A stretch of DNA of 63,955 nt, filler included. It is 16 parts of 16 records of this genome, joined end to end, with 100 filler letters (N's around TTAATTAATTAA, not from the genome) between each part and the next. Parts side by side here need not be neighbours in the genome. Positions count along the whole stretch, not along the records: positions 43,499 to 48,776 come from SRR15195285_11326; positions 48,877 to 52,705 come from SRR15195285_11357; positions 52,806 to 57,516 come from SRR15195285_11360; positions 57,617 to 60,664 come from SRR15195285_11366; 12 more parts are not named here. The stretch is one strand, 5' to 3'. The first letter of the stretch is position 1. Each line of letters begins with the position of its first letter. The notes below the pieces were generated by a model that saw nothing but the letters and a program-made list of their open reading frames with translations, did no database searches and was not told the origin of the DNA. Below are positions 47,329-58,167 of the stretch, piece after piece. The translations under genes were made by a program, and so were the position numbers.

Positions 47329-48405
47329 CTATAACTCATCTTTTGATCCGTCTTGCGTACTTTGTTCCTCTGTGTTGCTTGCCTGCGGCAGAAGTTCGAG
47401 TTGATGAGTCATCGCTGCTATTGCTTCCTCATCCTTCGCTAAGGTTGCGGCTTTCATGCCCGCCTCTAAGTACTCGCGCTGTTTCTTTTCCCCGCAGAGC
47501 TCTTGTTGCAGACACAGCTCATGGCTTGCAGCCCGCGCCATTTCGTTCCAGATCTTCCAGTCGTTGCGTAATGCCACGTCGGCCTCAAACGCTTTCGTGT
47601 GCATCTGAATAGACAGCGAACGGCAGTCGAAACCCGATGGATGCCCTGGACAGACATCATTCTCCGCAGCATAGAGAGACCACTCTGCTTGACACAGCCA
47701 GGCCGGGGCGAACAACGGCACTTCTCTGCATATTTTGTCGCAGCCGCTCAGAGCGCCTCGATATATTTGGTACGTAGCGAGCTTTTCGTTCGGAAACGAG
47801 GTGAACGCCTTGACATTATACCATATCGCTGTGAGCTGCGCAATGAAATTCGGATAGAGTTCGCCGTCCGAGCTTTTGCCACCGCGATCCTTCACCTCTT
47901 GCATTCGCGCCACGATCTCCCGGATGGTGACCTCCGCTGCTAGCATGTAATTGCCCTGGTGGTGATACAGCGGGCCGAGACCACTGAGTGCCATTACCTC
48001 CAGATCAAGTGGCAGGCCATTTTTGTCGTCCTCTCTCGGGACCAGTTGAAGCTCGTTTCCGCGGTTGCGCTGCGCCTCCTCTTCGTTCAACTCCTTGAGC
48101 TCGTAAGCCTGTTCAAGAACTTCTTCAAGGGCCTCCTGAAGGCACGACAGCGAGCTAACCTCTGCATCCAGGATACGCGGAGCGATCTGCGCGAGGCGTT
48201 CAGCTTCTTCGGCCGAGTCCAGCTCGACTCCAACGCGGAAGAGAGCTTTGTTTGCGAGCTTACACTCGTTGGCTGTCAGGGTTGGTCCGGCGTGGTCGAG
48301 GCGCAGCTGGGCGTGCCCCTGCTCATCAGCGGATGCGGTGCCACTGGGGGGTGCAGTGAGCACCAGCACCAGCACCGACAGCATAAACAGCGCGGCCGAC
48401 AGCAT
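47329..48405 (-). CDS. ER-lumenal helical (TPR-like) protein with KDEL
   Basis: Signal peptide MLSAALFMLSVLVLVLTA; C-terminal SKDEL. Confidence 0.75.
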   Translation of the reverse strand: MLSAALFMLSVLVLVLTAPPSGTASADEQGHAQLRLDHAGPTLTANECKLANKALFRVGVELDSAEEAERLAQIAPRILDAEVSSLSCLQEALEEVLEQAYELKELNEEEAQRNRGNELQLVPREDDKNGLPLDLEVMALSGLGPLYHHQGNYMLAAEVTIREIVARMQEVKDRGGKSSDGELYPNFIAQLTAIWYNVKAFTSFPNEKLATYQIYRGALSGCDKICREVPLFAPAWLCQAEWSLYAAENDVCPGHPSGFDCRSLSIQMHTKAFEADVALRNDWKIWNEMARAASHELCLQQELCGEKKQREYLEAGMKAATLAKDEEAIAAMTHQLELLPQASNTEEQSTQDGSKDEL

Positions 48406-48904
48406 GGCAGTGGCCGCGGCAACGAAGTCGGTCCACGTGCTCCGTCACACTGGGCACCCCGCCGGCGCTGGCGGCGTGGGGCGTCGGCCGCGTGCGAGCG
48501 CCTGCTGCCCACCAGCGGTTTCTACTAGCTACTGTATCTCTGAGCTACCGCGTAGCTTCCAGCGTTACGTTTAAGTGAAGAGCAGCGAGCGAGAGACGGT
48601 CGACTCGCGATCGGAGCCCGCGCCCGCGGGGCGCGCGCGCCAGCGGCCCGCGGCGGCGCGGGACTCGGCGGAGCGATCCACACCGCCGCGCGCCGGCGCT
48701 CCAGCATGCAGATGCACTTCAAGTCTCCAACTGTCGACCCGACGACCCCACAAGCACAACGCGCCGGAGGGAATTGNNNNNNNNNNNNNNNNNNNNNNNN
48801 NNNNNNNNNNNNNNNNNNNNTTAATTAATTAANNNNNNNNNNNNNNNNNNNNNNNNNNNNNNNNNNNNNNNNNNNNAGCAGCAGCAGCAGCAGCAGCAGC
48901 AGCC

Positions 48905-49868
48905 ATGCAGCCTGCTGCTCACGTCTTGGCTCTGGTTGCGAGAACGCAGGACAAACATCGCGAGGCCGTCACGGCAGGTTGTGGAACATGGTCTGATGCC
49001 GATGGCTCCGATGGATGGTTTGTCCATTTTTACTGCGGGGTTGGCTGGCCGGGTTCGTCGTTTCAGCGCTCACCCATCACAGAATACTGCGTGGAGCATT
49101 ATGCAGCGCCACAAACAGACCCACTGCCTGGTGGCGATGGTTTCGCGCAGTACATTTCTTGCAACTCAGACGAGTGTGATGGGGCAAAGTTGGCAACTGG
49201 TGGCTCGTCCCCACGTGCTCCAGTGTGCGTTTGCTGGGTATGGGACGACCGCATGATATCTCACGTCCCGAAGTCGAAGCTGTTGGCAGACTGCTCGACT
49301 GACGTACATCTCCCGTGGGTCGGATCGAACCAGTGTAATTGCTCTCACGGGCTGCCGGGATCCGACGCGACAGAGCTTCCGCCTGTGAGTATTGTCGAGA
49401 TGATTTTTTCTGATGCACCAACTACCACTAGTGCGCTATTCTTGCTGATATCAACTTGACGTCGGGCTTACTTGAGTTCACTGTACTTGGCAGGAGTCAC
49501 CAATGGCTAACTATGTCGGACGATCGCCTGTGTACCTGCCATACTACCACTACCACACCCCAGCAGAGAGTTACCCCGTCGCAGACAAGGCTGGTGATAA
49601 CCTCTCCTTTCCACGCAAGCGCTCCTGCCATGAGGATCAAGAGCTCGGTGACGATGGTTGCACGTGGAAGCGCCTAGCTGGCTCTCGCATGCTCTACGGC
49701 GAGGATTTGTTGGCATCAGGCTGGAACGCCAGCGTGAAGGACTCAGGTTTTGGCAGCAGCGTCTCGATCAAAGAGGAGCTCGAGTATACGTACAAGAATG
49801 TCGCCGTGTTCAATGATGCGCTGGAGCGACTGGACCAGTGGGTCACCCCAAGGTGCTGTGGATGCTAG
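48905..49868 (+). CDS. Cys-rich, probably secreted uncharacterised protein (5' partial)
   Basis: Intron 49385-49493 joins TELPP to ESPMANYVG. Motif SFPRKRSC...LGDDGCTWKR; ends in CCGC. Probable acceptor at about 48950. Confidence 0.6.
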
Positions 49869-50107
49869 TCGCTATCATGGGACGGTGATCAACAATCAAA
49901 CTTAAGGCAGTGGTGGGTTCTGTAGACGGAGCACATAATTGCGTAAATGCAGACATATGGTGGACCCCTATCTTTCACCGACGCGCGTGGATGATGTGGG
50001 CCAGCCGTAGAATCGTGACGAATGATTGTAGAACAGAGTCGAGTGCGTGCGTGCCTGATCACGACCATTCAGTGCTGTCGATAGGTGCTGTATTCAGAAG
50101 TGTTTCC

Positions 50108-52705
50108 CTACTGACGTTCGAGCCGGAACGAGTCTGTCAGCTGGTCCAAGGCGGATTTCTCGATCCCATTCCACCGCCGCTTCGCCGACTGATTCCCCAA
50201 AAACGTGACCCAGGTAGAATTCGGACAGACCCAGTATTCGTGGTTGCGATGCTGAAACCCGCGAGTGAAGACATGGCGGTGAGGGACCAGGTGCAGCTTC
50301 CGAAGAATGAAATCTTGGTTGAAGCCGACGTCCTGCTTCAAGTCGACCGAGCGAGGTGCGACTACGACGTACAGCAGCGCATCATCCTCACGTCCTACAA
50401 CCTCGTCCGTCACGCATGTCGATCCCGCGACTAGTCCTGCTTCACGTCGACCGAGCGAGGTGCGGCCAGCGAGGGGCGCGATCTCGTCCTGATGCTCCAT
50501 GCACCAGTCGATTGCGAGCTGAATGTCATTGCTCGACGCAACTGCCGCACGCATACAACCTACCCTGCTCCACGCCCCTGCGCCCATGTCGAAGAGAGTC
50601 TGCACAACCGTGGCATCAGCACTCTCCATCCATAGCGCTTGCTGTTCTGCAGTGTACGAAAAGCCACCGCGATCGCGATTCCCTTCAACACCTGTGTCTT
50701 GTTCGCTCGGGCATTCTGACACCATTGAGCTGCTGCTGTGCGCCCCTTGTCGTCTCGCTGCCACGGTGAGGACAGCATTGATATGACTGTACGTGGCCGC
50801 CACCGACTCTTTGTCAAAGGGAGGATTGACTTCGAAGCTACCGTGGGTGGGCCACGCAGCGAAGAACGATCCTTGGCCACCAAAGTGCTGTGAAAGACGC
50901 GCCCGAAGAAAGTGAGCGAGTAGTTGGGAGATCAGACCATTTCAGACGGATACAATCGAGCGCAATGGGTGCGAGCGGATAGAAGATATCAGACCTTATC
51001 GACGTCAACAAACAGCGAGTTGAAGGTCTGTGACGTGGAAGAGACGTTGAGCGGGCTGGCAAAGCATTCGTGAGAAATCCCGAAAGCTCTCTGCAGTTGA
51101 TCATAGACAACGCAAGCACCGCCCGCATATGAATGAGCAGCAAGAAGCAGAGGCCAGCTCCTCGGTACAAGGAGCCTCGATGGGGGTAGAACAACAAAGG
51201 TTACACATAATTCAGGCACGGCTTTAGGATGCATGGTGTGTGGCTTGCCCCACCTGCAGGTGCTCGAAGGCCCGGTTGGGCAACGCCCCCTGTGTGCCTT
51301 GGTCGAGGAAAAAGAGAGTCTCATACCGGAGCAGCATCGAGAACAGTCGCAGGTGGAAAAGTTCTGTCGCGACTCCTGGTGCTGCTGACGAGTGTTCGAC
51401 GCTGTGTGCGAAAGCCGCACCATGACGTCGGAAACGCTCATGTAACGTCTCGACATGCCCCGCAGAAATGTGGACCCGCTTGCGGTACTTGACAATGCTT
51501 CTACCCTTGAAGACGCACTCGAACACACGCATGGGACCATCATCCGTATGGTCTGTCCAGTACGAAATCTGGCCTTTGGTCAGACCATCACCGTCAGTTT
51601 TCAGGCCTCTCGTCTCGTCGGCCACTTCTTGCGCAGCATCTCGGCACTTTCCAACCCATGTCTCAAGACCTCGCGCGACAGCTGGCGTGAATGGGCTGCA
51701 GTCCCACCAAAAAGAGATCTGGTCGGTGAAAAGTCGGTTTAGCTCTGGCCACGTCGCGCTTTGCTCTGGGTTTGACGGGATGAGCGGGTCGACCCGCGCA
51801 GCCGCTGCAGCCTCGCATTGTTTCATCCCGTTCTGCTTCTTGCGGATTGCGCCGGGGGGCGAAGAGCGTGTGTACTCGACTGTCTCCGCATCTTCTGAAG
51901 AGAACTTGACGCGCCGCCCTGAGAGATCAGCATCACTAGTAGCACTGGCCTTCTTCTCATACCCCCGTGGTATCTGGCTGACTTCCGACTGCTCCGCTCC
52001 TCCTGCAATCTCGCGGAAAATGAAACGACTCATCAGCTTGGCTGCCTCTTTTTTCGCAACATCTCGCACGTTCTGGTTTCTCCGCGTCTTCACAGCAGCT
52101 GGATTGTCAACCCAGGCTGGTGGCGGGAGATTGCTCTCCTTCCAGCCGTTGAACAACAGGTCTGTGAGGTCGTTTAAGAGGGTCATGATTTTTGTGTATC
52201 GCACGAGCGCGACCTGCGGGGCGCCGGCCTTTTCAATCCGTGCCGTGCTTGTCTGCGCGCCCTCTTCACCGAGCCGAGCCTGTTGTTCGACCTCCATCTT
52301 CTTCCAGTGGTCTGATGCAGAAGTTCGAGGAACAACTGAGTCAAACAGCGACCCAGACAACTTCTTTTTGGGACTCAGTCTCCTGGAGCCAGTGCTGGTG
52401 CCAAAATCCATGCCAGTGTCGTCGTTGCGGTCCATGTTATCGAGCTGATCCTGGGTGTCACCCTGAGTCTCTTCGAGCAGAGCTTCCCAACACCAGTCGC
52501 AGTACCAACAGCCATCATCGTCATCGAGGCGCCCTTGACTGCTGCTGTACTCATGGCTGCATTCTTCACAAAATTTTGAGGACAGCTCTTCGCTAGCTGC
52601 CAGTTGCTGCTGCCAGTTTAAGTTCTCATTTGTCGAGCTAGTCACATCGCTCGATGGCTCAGGCTCACAGAGCTGCTCCTCCTGTTGCTGCTGCTGCTGC
52701 TGCTG
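50108..52705 (-). CDS. PCIF1: PCIF1/CAPAM-like cap-specific adenosine N6-methyltransferase (5' partial), 3 visible exons
   Basis: LFSMLLRY..QGALP..FEHLQ|RAFGISHECFASPLN..FNSLFVDVDK|HFGGQGSFF..GSFEVNPPF (NPPF at 50816-50827); downstream HVFTRGFQH and FLGN..AKRRW. Introns 51091-51253 and 50888-50994. Confidence 0.85.
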
Positions 52706-52806
52706 NNNNNNNNNNNNNNNNNNNNNNNNNNNNNNNNNNNNNNNNNNNNTTAATTAATTAANNNNNNNNNNNNNNNNNNNNNNNNNNNNNNNNNNNNNNN
52801 NNNNNC

Positions 52807-52837
52807 AATAAAAGCCTTTTCAAGTCAAGTCAAGTCA
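52807..52837 (+). mobile_element. Possible 3' tail of a non-LTR retroposon (AATAAA + (CAAGT)n)
   Basis: aataaaagccttttcaagtcaagtcaagtca at the very start of a contig. Confidence 0.4.
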
Positions 52838-52869
52838 GCATCCGCTATACATTGGAGTGTCTGTACAAC

Positions 52870-53280
52870 TCAACCTAGACCGAGTGAGTGGTCAAGTAGT
52901 CTCGCCAACATCGCTTTGAGCTCCGCCATCTCCGCCGCTTGCAGCACTCTGTCGGCCTTAATCATGGCCTTTAGCTCCGAGTTCTCCCTTCGAATATGGG
53001 AGATTTGCGTCTGCAATTTGGCATTTTCTTTCTCTCCGCCTTGTTTCTCATCGGTGAGGGTAGGATGCAGCACGGTTAGGTACTGTGTGCCGATGCTGCC
53101 TTGGCTGCCACCCACTGGTAGCTGATGTTTTCTTGCCAATACACTGGTTGGAGAGCTGCCATAGATCCCACCACCCGGAAGGGCATGGTTGTCTGGACAC
53201 GCCACCAGCTGCAAGCTCGAGATTCTAGACTTAAACGCAGGTAGATTGTCAATGCCTCGCCCAGCACCTTCGGTGCACAT
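52870..53280 (-). CDS. Short hypothetical ORF with C-terminal coiled coil (possible gene fragment)
   Basis: 136-aa ORF ending ENAKLQTQISHIRRENSELKAM...ELKAMLARLL. No family recognised. Confidence 0.3.
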   Translation of the reverse strand: MCTEGAGRGIDNLPAFKSRISSLQLVACPDNHALPGGGIYGSSPTSVLARKHQLPVGGSQGSIGTQYLTVLHPTLTDEKQGGEKENAKLQTQISHIRRENSELKAMIKADRVLQAAEMAELKAMLARLLDHSLGLG

Positions 53281-53452
53281 TCTCTCAAAGTAACTGGCAA
53301 AGTTGAAGCATCATGTCCTAACTCTCTCACACGGTGGGACGGGGATCCGTCGTTCGGCGGGCATATGCAAGAGTGGCTAAGGGCACAAGTGTCGGACCTG
53401 AGCTATGCATTAACACATTATACATTCGACTGGCGTATTAATAGATTGTACC

Positions 53453-53485
53453 AGGGCGCCGACACTAAGTTAGTGTCGGCGCCCT
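53453..53485. repeat. Perfect 33-bp inverted repeat (16-bp arms, 1-nt spacer)
   Basis: AGGGCGCCGACACTAA-G-TTAGTGTCGGCGCCCT. Confidence 0.9.
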
Positions 53486-53623
53486 CAGCTGCGGCGCCCC
53501 CAGCCATTTGGATGGAGTCCGAGCCCCCAGTCATTTGTATGGGCTCAGTCAATTCTGCAGTCTATCTCATGACTAAAGACTGTACAGCAGTGTACAGCAC
53601 TACAAACAATGGCGTGGGTTGAG

Positions 53624-56600
53624 TCAATGCGCCACCTTCGTCGCCACCCCGCCGTGGTTCCCTGCCACCGCTGCCATTGTGGCGAATGCACCATCGGGTA
53701 TCGCGAGCAGCTCCGCGGGTGGTCCCGATTCAACCACGCGCCCATCGCCCATCACAAGCACGATGTCCGAGTCGATGATTGTTGAGATGCGGTGCGCAAC
53801 CACGACCAGCGTCGCTTTCTTGAACATCTCGTTCTCTCGCATCAGGGTCTGGATCAGTGAGTCTGTTTCAAAGTCGACATTCGCCGTCGCTTCGTCCATG
53901 AGAATCAGCGAGCTATTCTTTAGCATGGCCCTCGCCAGCGACAAGAGCTGCCGCTGTCCGACCGAGAGATTGGCACCGCTCTCAGACACCTCTGCGGCAA
54001 GGCCGTGTCCGCTACTGTTAAATCCATCACCACCCAGCGCAGCATCCTTGAGCTGAACCGCCGCGAGCACCTCCTCAATCTCCTCGTCAGAGTGTCGCCC
54101 CCATGGGTCGAGATTGAACCGAACTGTGCCAACGAAAAGGTGTGGCTCTTGCTGGATAAGCGCCACGTTCTCGCGCAAGATTGCGATGGGGAGTGAAGTG
54201 ATGTCAACGCCGTCGATCGTGATCATACCAGCGGGGCCATGCTGGTAAAGCCGCGTCAGTGCCATAATCGTTGACGACTTGCCAGAGCCAGTGCGGCCGA
54301 CAATGCCGATCTTGCTGCCACTCCCAGCGGACCATGAGACGTCTTTGAGCACCAACGGAAGGTCGTCTCTGTATCTCATCTCTACGCCTTTAAATTGCAC
54401 AGCGGCGTTGCAGCTGCTGCTGCTGAGCCACCCTTCTGGCGCGGCTTGCTTCGATCGCAGGTCCTCTATCGACTCCTCTGGTGCGATCGATCTGCCGTAA
54501 TACATCACCCGCTCGCAACTGGTCATCTGATTCTCAACCTGTGCCGACTGCCGAATGCAGTACTGAAATGTGCCGGAAAGCTGGATGCTGTACATGATGG
54601 CAAGGCCGATCAGGCCTGCGTCGACGCGGTCACGCAGCACGACACCCAGCAGTACTGTCAGAGAAAGCAGCGTCGTGCTGATCATGTCGAGTTGAAAGCC
54701 CACCCATCTGTTTGCCATGAGCCACCAGTACCAAGCCTCCCCATATCCCTCCAGTTTCTCAAGAAAAGCATCTTGCGTTGCACTCTCTCGCCCAAACGCC
54801 CGAATTGTCACCAGTCCATGGAGTGTTGCATGAAACAGCGCGAAAACGGGCGACTTGCCCATGCCCTCGAGTCGCTTCAACTCCCGCCCAGAGGATACGT
54901 AAAAGGAGCGGACCCGAAGGAAGACATAAGCCAGCGGCAACATCGCCAAGAGCATCCACGGTAGTGCAATCACCACCATCACTACAGAGCCCACACATAT
55001 CGAACCGATCTGGACGCAGTCAAACACAGTCGCTGGGAGCATTTCGTCTACCTGCCCTTGGTCTGACGCAAATTTGTTCACAACGCGACCTAGTGGGTTG
55101 CCCGAAAAGAACCCCATCGGCGCCTGCACGATTGCGCGGAAAGCAGTGTCGTGCATCTTGCTCGAGCCGCGGAGCGCCGCAGTGAAAAAGAACAAGGCTC
55201 GCATGGTGCCGATGAAAACTGTGCCGGTCCCAAGTCCGACGTACACGAGCATGTAGTAGGTTTCCGTCTGATCCTCAGCTTCAGACCAGATTTTAAGCCA
55301 CACATCTGCAGTCATCATAGCCGCCTGACCGACACACATCAGGAAGGCAACAAAACTGAACGTGCCAACGCCTCCGGATCGGATGTATTCCATGTAGGTT
55401 GCGGTCGACACCACTCCAATCTCTCGATCCTCATCGACCACCAATCGGTGCTCTGCCTCCTTGCTGGTCTTCACCATAACATCAGGTGGTACCTCTTTCC
55501 CCTCCTCTTCATCATCTTCTGCTGCCACCTGTGCTTGCTGTGAGGGAGCAGAGCTCACCTCCAGATGGCCCTGCTTTCGTAGCTCCGCCGCAGTGCCCAA
55601 TGCGCACATATTCCCAGCCTCGTCGAGCATTAGCACACGATCCGCCTCGTCTGCGAACTGTCGTTGGTGCGTTGCAAGGATCACCGCCGAACCACTTTGC
55701 TTGGCCAGTTCGCTGCGGATGCAGTCACGGAACAGCTTTGTGGCTATGGCAGCATCCACCGCACTCAAAGGGTCGTCGAGCAACGCCAGGGCTGGTGAAA
55801 TGTACGCCACCCGCGCAAGAGCAACCCGCGCCTTCTGGCCCCCACTCAAGTTCACTCCCTTTTCTCCTATTTCAGTATCCAAGGCTGCTGGGAGAGACGC
55901 GATGTCGCCCTGAAGAGCGCAGACCTCGATTACTCTGGCCAGCCTCTGTGTGTTGAAGGTGTTGCCAAACAGGATGTTGTCGCGTACTGTCCCGGCTTGG
56001 ATGAACGGCTGCTGCGCCGCAAATCCAACCGTCTTCGACTGCCCGTCCGCTATCAGACTGACCGAGAGCTGGCCACCAACCCGGGGAACTTCGCCAAGCA
56101 CCGCAGATAAAAGGGTGCTTTTCCCGCAGCCCACCGGGCCGAGCACAAGCAGTACCTCACCTGGCATCACATCCAAAGATAGTCCACTGACGGTGGGAGC
56201 GCCCCGCGGCTCGTCCGACCCCTCACTACTAGCACGCGCCGGTTGCCACCGGAAGCTGGCATCTACTATCGAAACTACTGCCTGCGGTTGCTGGACGTTT
56301 GCCACCGCATCCTGGTGCTGTTGAGTTGGCTCGGGCGTGGTCAGGAAAGTTTGTATCCTTTCAATGGCGACCACAGCCTCTGGTGCTGTCTCCATTGCCC
56401 GCGTGAATTTCTTCCCGAGCGCCAGTCTCAGTGCGTTGAGCAGAGCCATGACGCTGAAAATGGTTCCAATGTCCATCTTGTTGTCCAGTGCCCAGAAAAC
56501 AACGAACGTGATCATCGAAGTCAGTGCTGGAGCTGCGAAGAAGATCGCCAGATTGATGCCCTTGATTCTCTGCCCCCGAAGAATGTGCATCGCCTCTGCT

Positions 56601-57516
56601 GCCCGAAGCTGCACCACTGATTCGGTGAAAGGTGTTTCCCACCCGAAGGCTTTCACAGTCATGATGCCGGCTAGAATTTCTGTGACAGCGCGCACTCTCG
56701 AGTCGGTCGCCTTGGCAGTCCGTGTCCTCACCTTGAACAGCACCTTGCTGAAGCGAAGCTGCATTAGCACGACCGCGAGCGTCACAACCGTGCCTGCAAG
56801 CGTGGTGGCGGCGCCCACCTCCAGCCAGACCAGCACGATCACCGCGAGACACTCGAGTGGGCCCGCCCAGATGTAGTGCAGATTGGGAAACGCCGAGTCA
56901 AATTTCATGACGTCCGTGCTGATGAGATTGATTGCGTTGCCACTGGAGACACCAGCGAGCTCCACGCCACCCATTCGCAGTAGCTTGGCGTGGATCATGC
57001 CGGTGCAAGCCATGCGGACGTTCCAGCCCCCGCGCATCGTGTAGAGGTAGAGCTGGTGGTGGGTGACCGCCTGCCACAGCGACGTGCACGTGAAGGCAGC
57101 CACGAGCAGCACCCCCTGGGCGCTACCGTCCGCGCAGTCCTCTGTGCCGTCGATGCAGCCATGTATGATCCAGCGCAGCATGTACCGCAGCAGCACCGGC
57201 TGCACGATGCACGTCGCGGCCTCCGACACAGCATGGAACGCCGCTGCCCAGAACTCAAACAAAAAGGCGCGGTATAGCGCACGGCGGAGGCTGGCCGCCT
57301 CCTCCCCGCCGCGCTGCCGCTCGATATCCCACTCGTGCTGCGCTGCCGCAGTGACGCAGGCTGCATGATCGTGGGCGGGCAGCGGCGGCAGGTCGCTGAA
57401 CTGCAGTGGCTTGCCCGAGCCTTTCTTGAGCAGGGGCCAGGTGAAGTGGAAGCTCACCCTTGCCAACAGGCCCGAATGCTCCACCGGTGACTGCTGCTGC
57501 TGCTGCTGCTGCTGCT
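53624..57516 (-). CDS. ABC transporter subfamily C (MRP4-like), 5' partial, intronless
   Basis: TMD-NBD-TMD-NBD. Walker A GPVGCGKS and GRTGSGKS; signatures LSGGQKARV and LSVGQRQLL; LLDDPLSAVD; MDEATANVD. Confidence 0.95.
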
Positions 57517-58167
57517 NNNNNNNNNNNNNNNNNNNNNNNNNNNNNNNNNNNNNNNNNNNNTTAATTAATTAANNNNNNNNNNNNNNNNNNNNNNNNNNNN
57601 NNNNNNNNNNNNNNNNAGTGATTTACCCAATTTCAAAATTATCCATCAATATTATCCGGAGCAGGTATTATTACCTGACCCAAACGGCCAAAGATATACT
57701 AGTATGTGTGGATGCGCTGCCTAGCCTCGATGACTCGATGACTGCTGAGCGCCGTGCATGGAAATTGCCTCGCCCACTCGATGCTTTCTTACTTTCTTTT
57801 TGAAAGTATGCGTGTTTAGGAATTCCTATCCAGGATATGTATCGTCGATTTTCGCGCGCGGCGCCCACGGCTGCTGCAGGCGGCAACAGAGTCGAGGGAC
57901 GAGGGACGAGGCCCGCGGAAGATCAAATATTAATGGCCTCATCCCACGCGAGGAGGGCGGCGGCTCGCGAGTCTGGGTGCAGCCTCCCGGGAGGTTTTTT
58001 GTCGTGCTCCAGCACTGACGGCTCGAGTCCTGCTGCTACTGGTGGTCGCGGTGCGGTGGTGGGCGCCATGCGTTGGGCGCCGGCTCGAGTCCTTGTGTTC
58101 GCGCCTTTCTAGCGTGCAGTCTTTTTGCCGCGGGTCGCCGGGTCGCCGGCAGGGCGTGCGTCGCGCG

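Noticed and set aside
48878..48903. (CAG)n/(CTG)n/(GCC)n tracts at contig ends (also about 8590-8637, 20852-20878, 39775-39817, 52683-52705, 57491-57516)
   Set aside because: These are ordinary microsatellites or polyQ tracts that explain assembly breaks. They are not telomeric or element termini.
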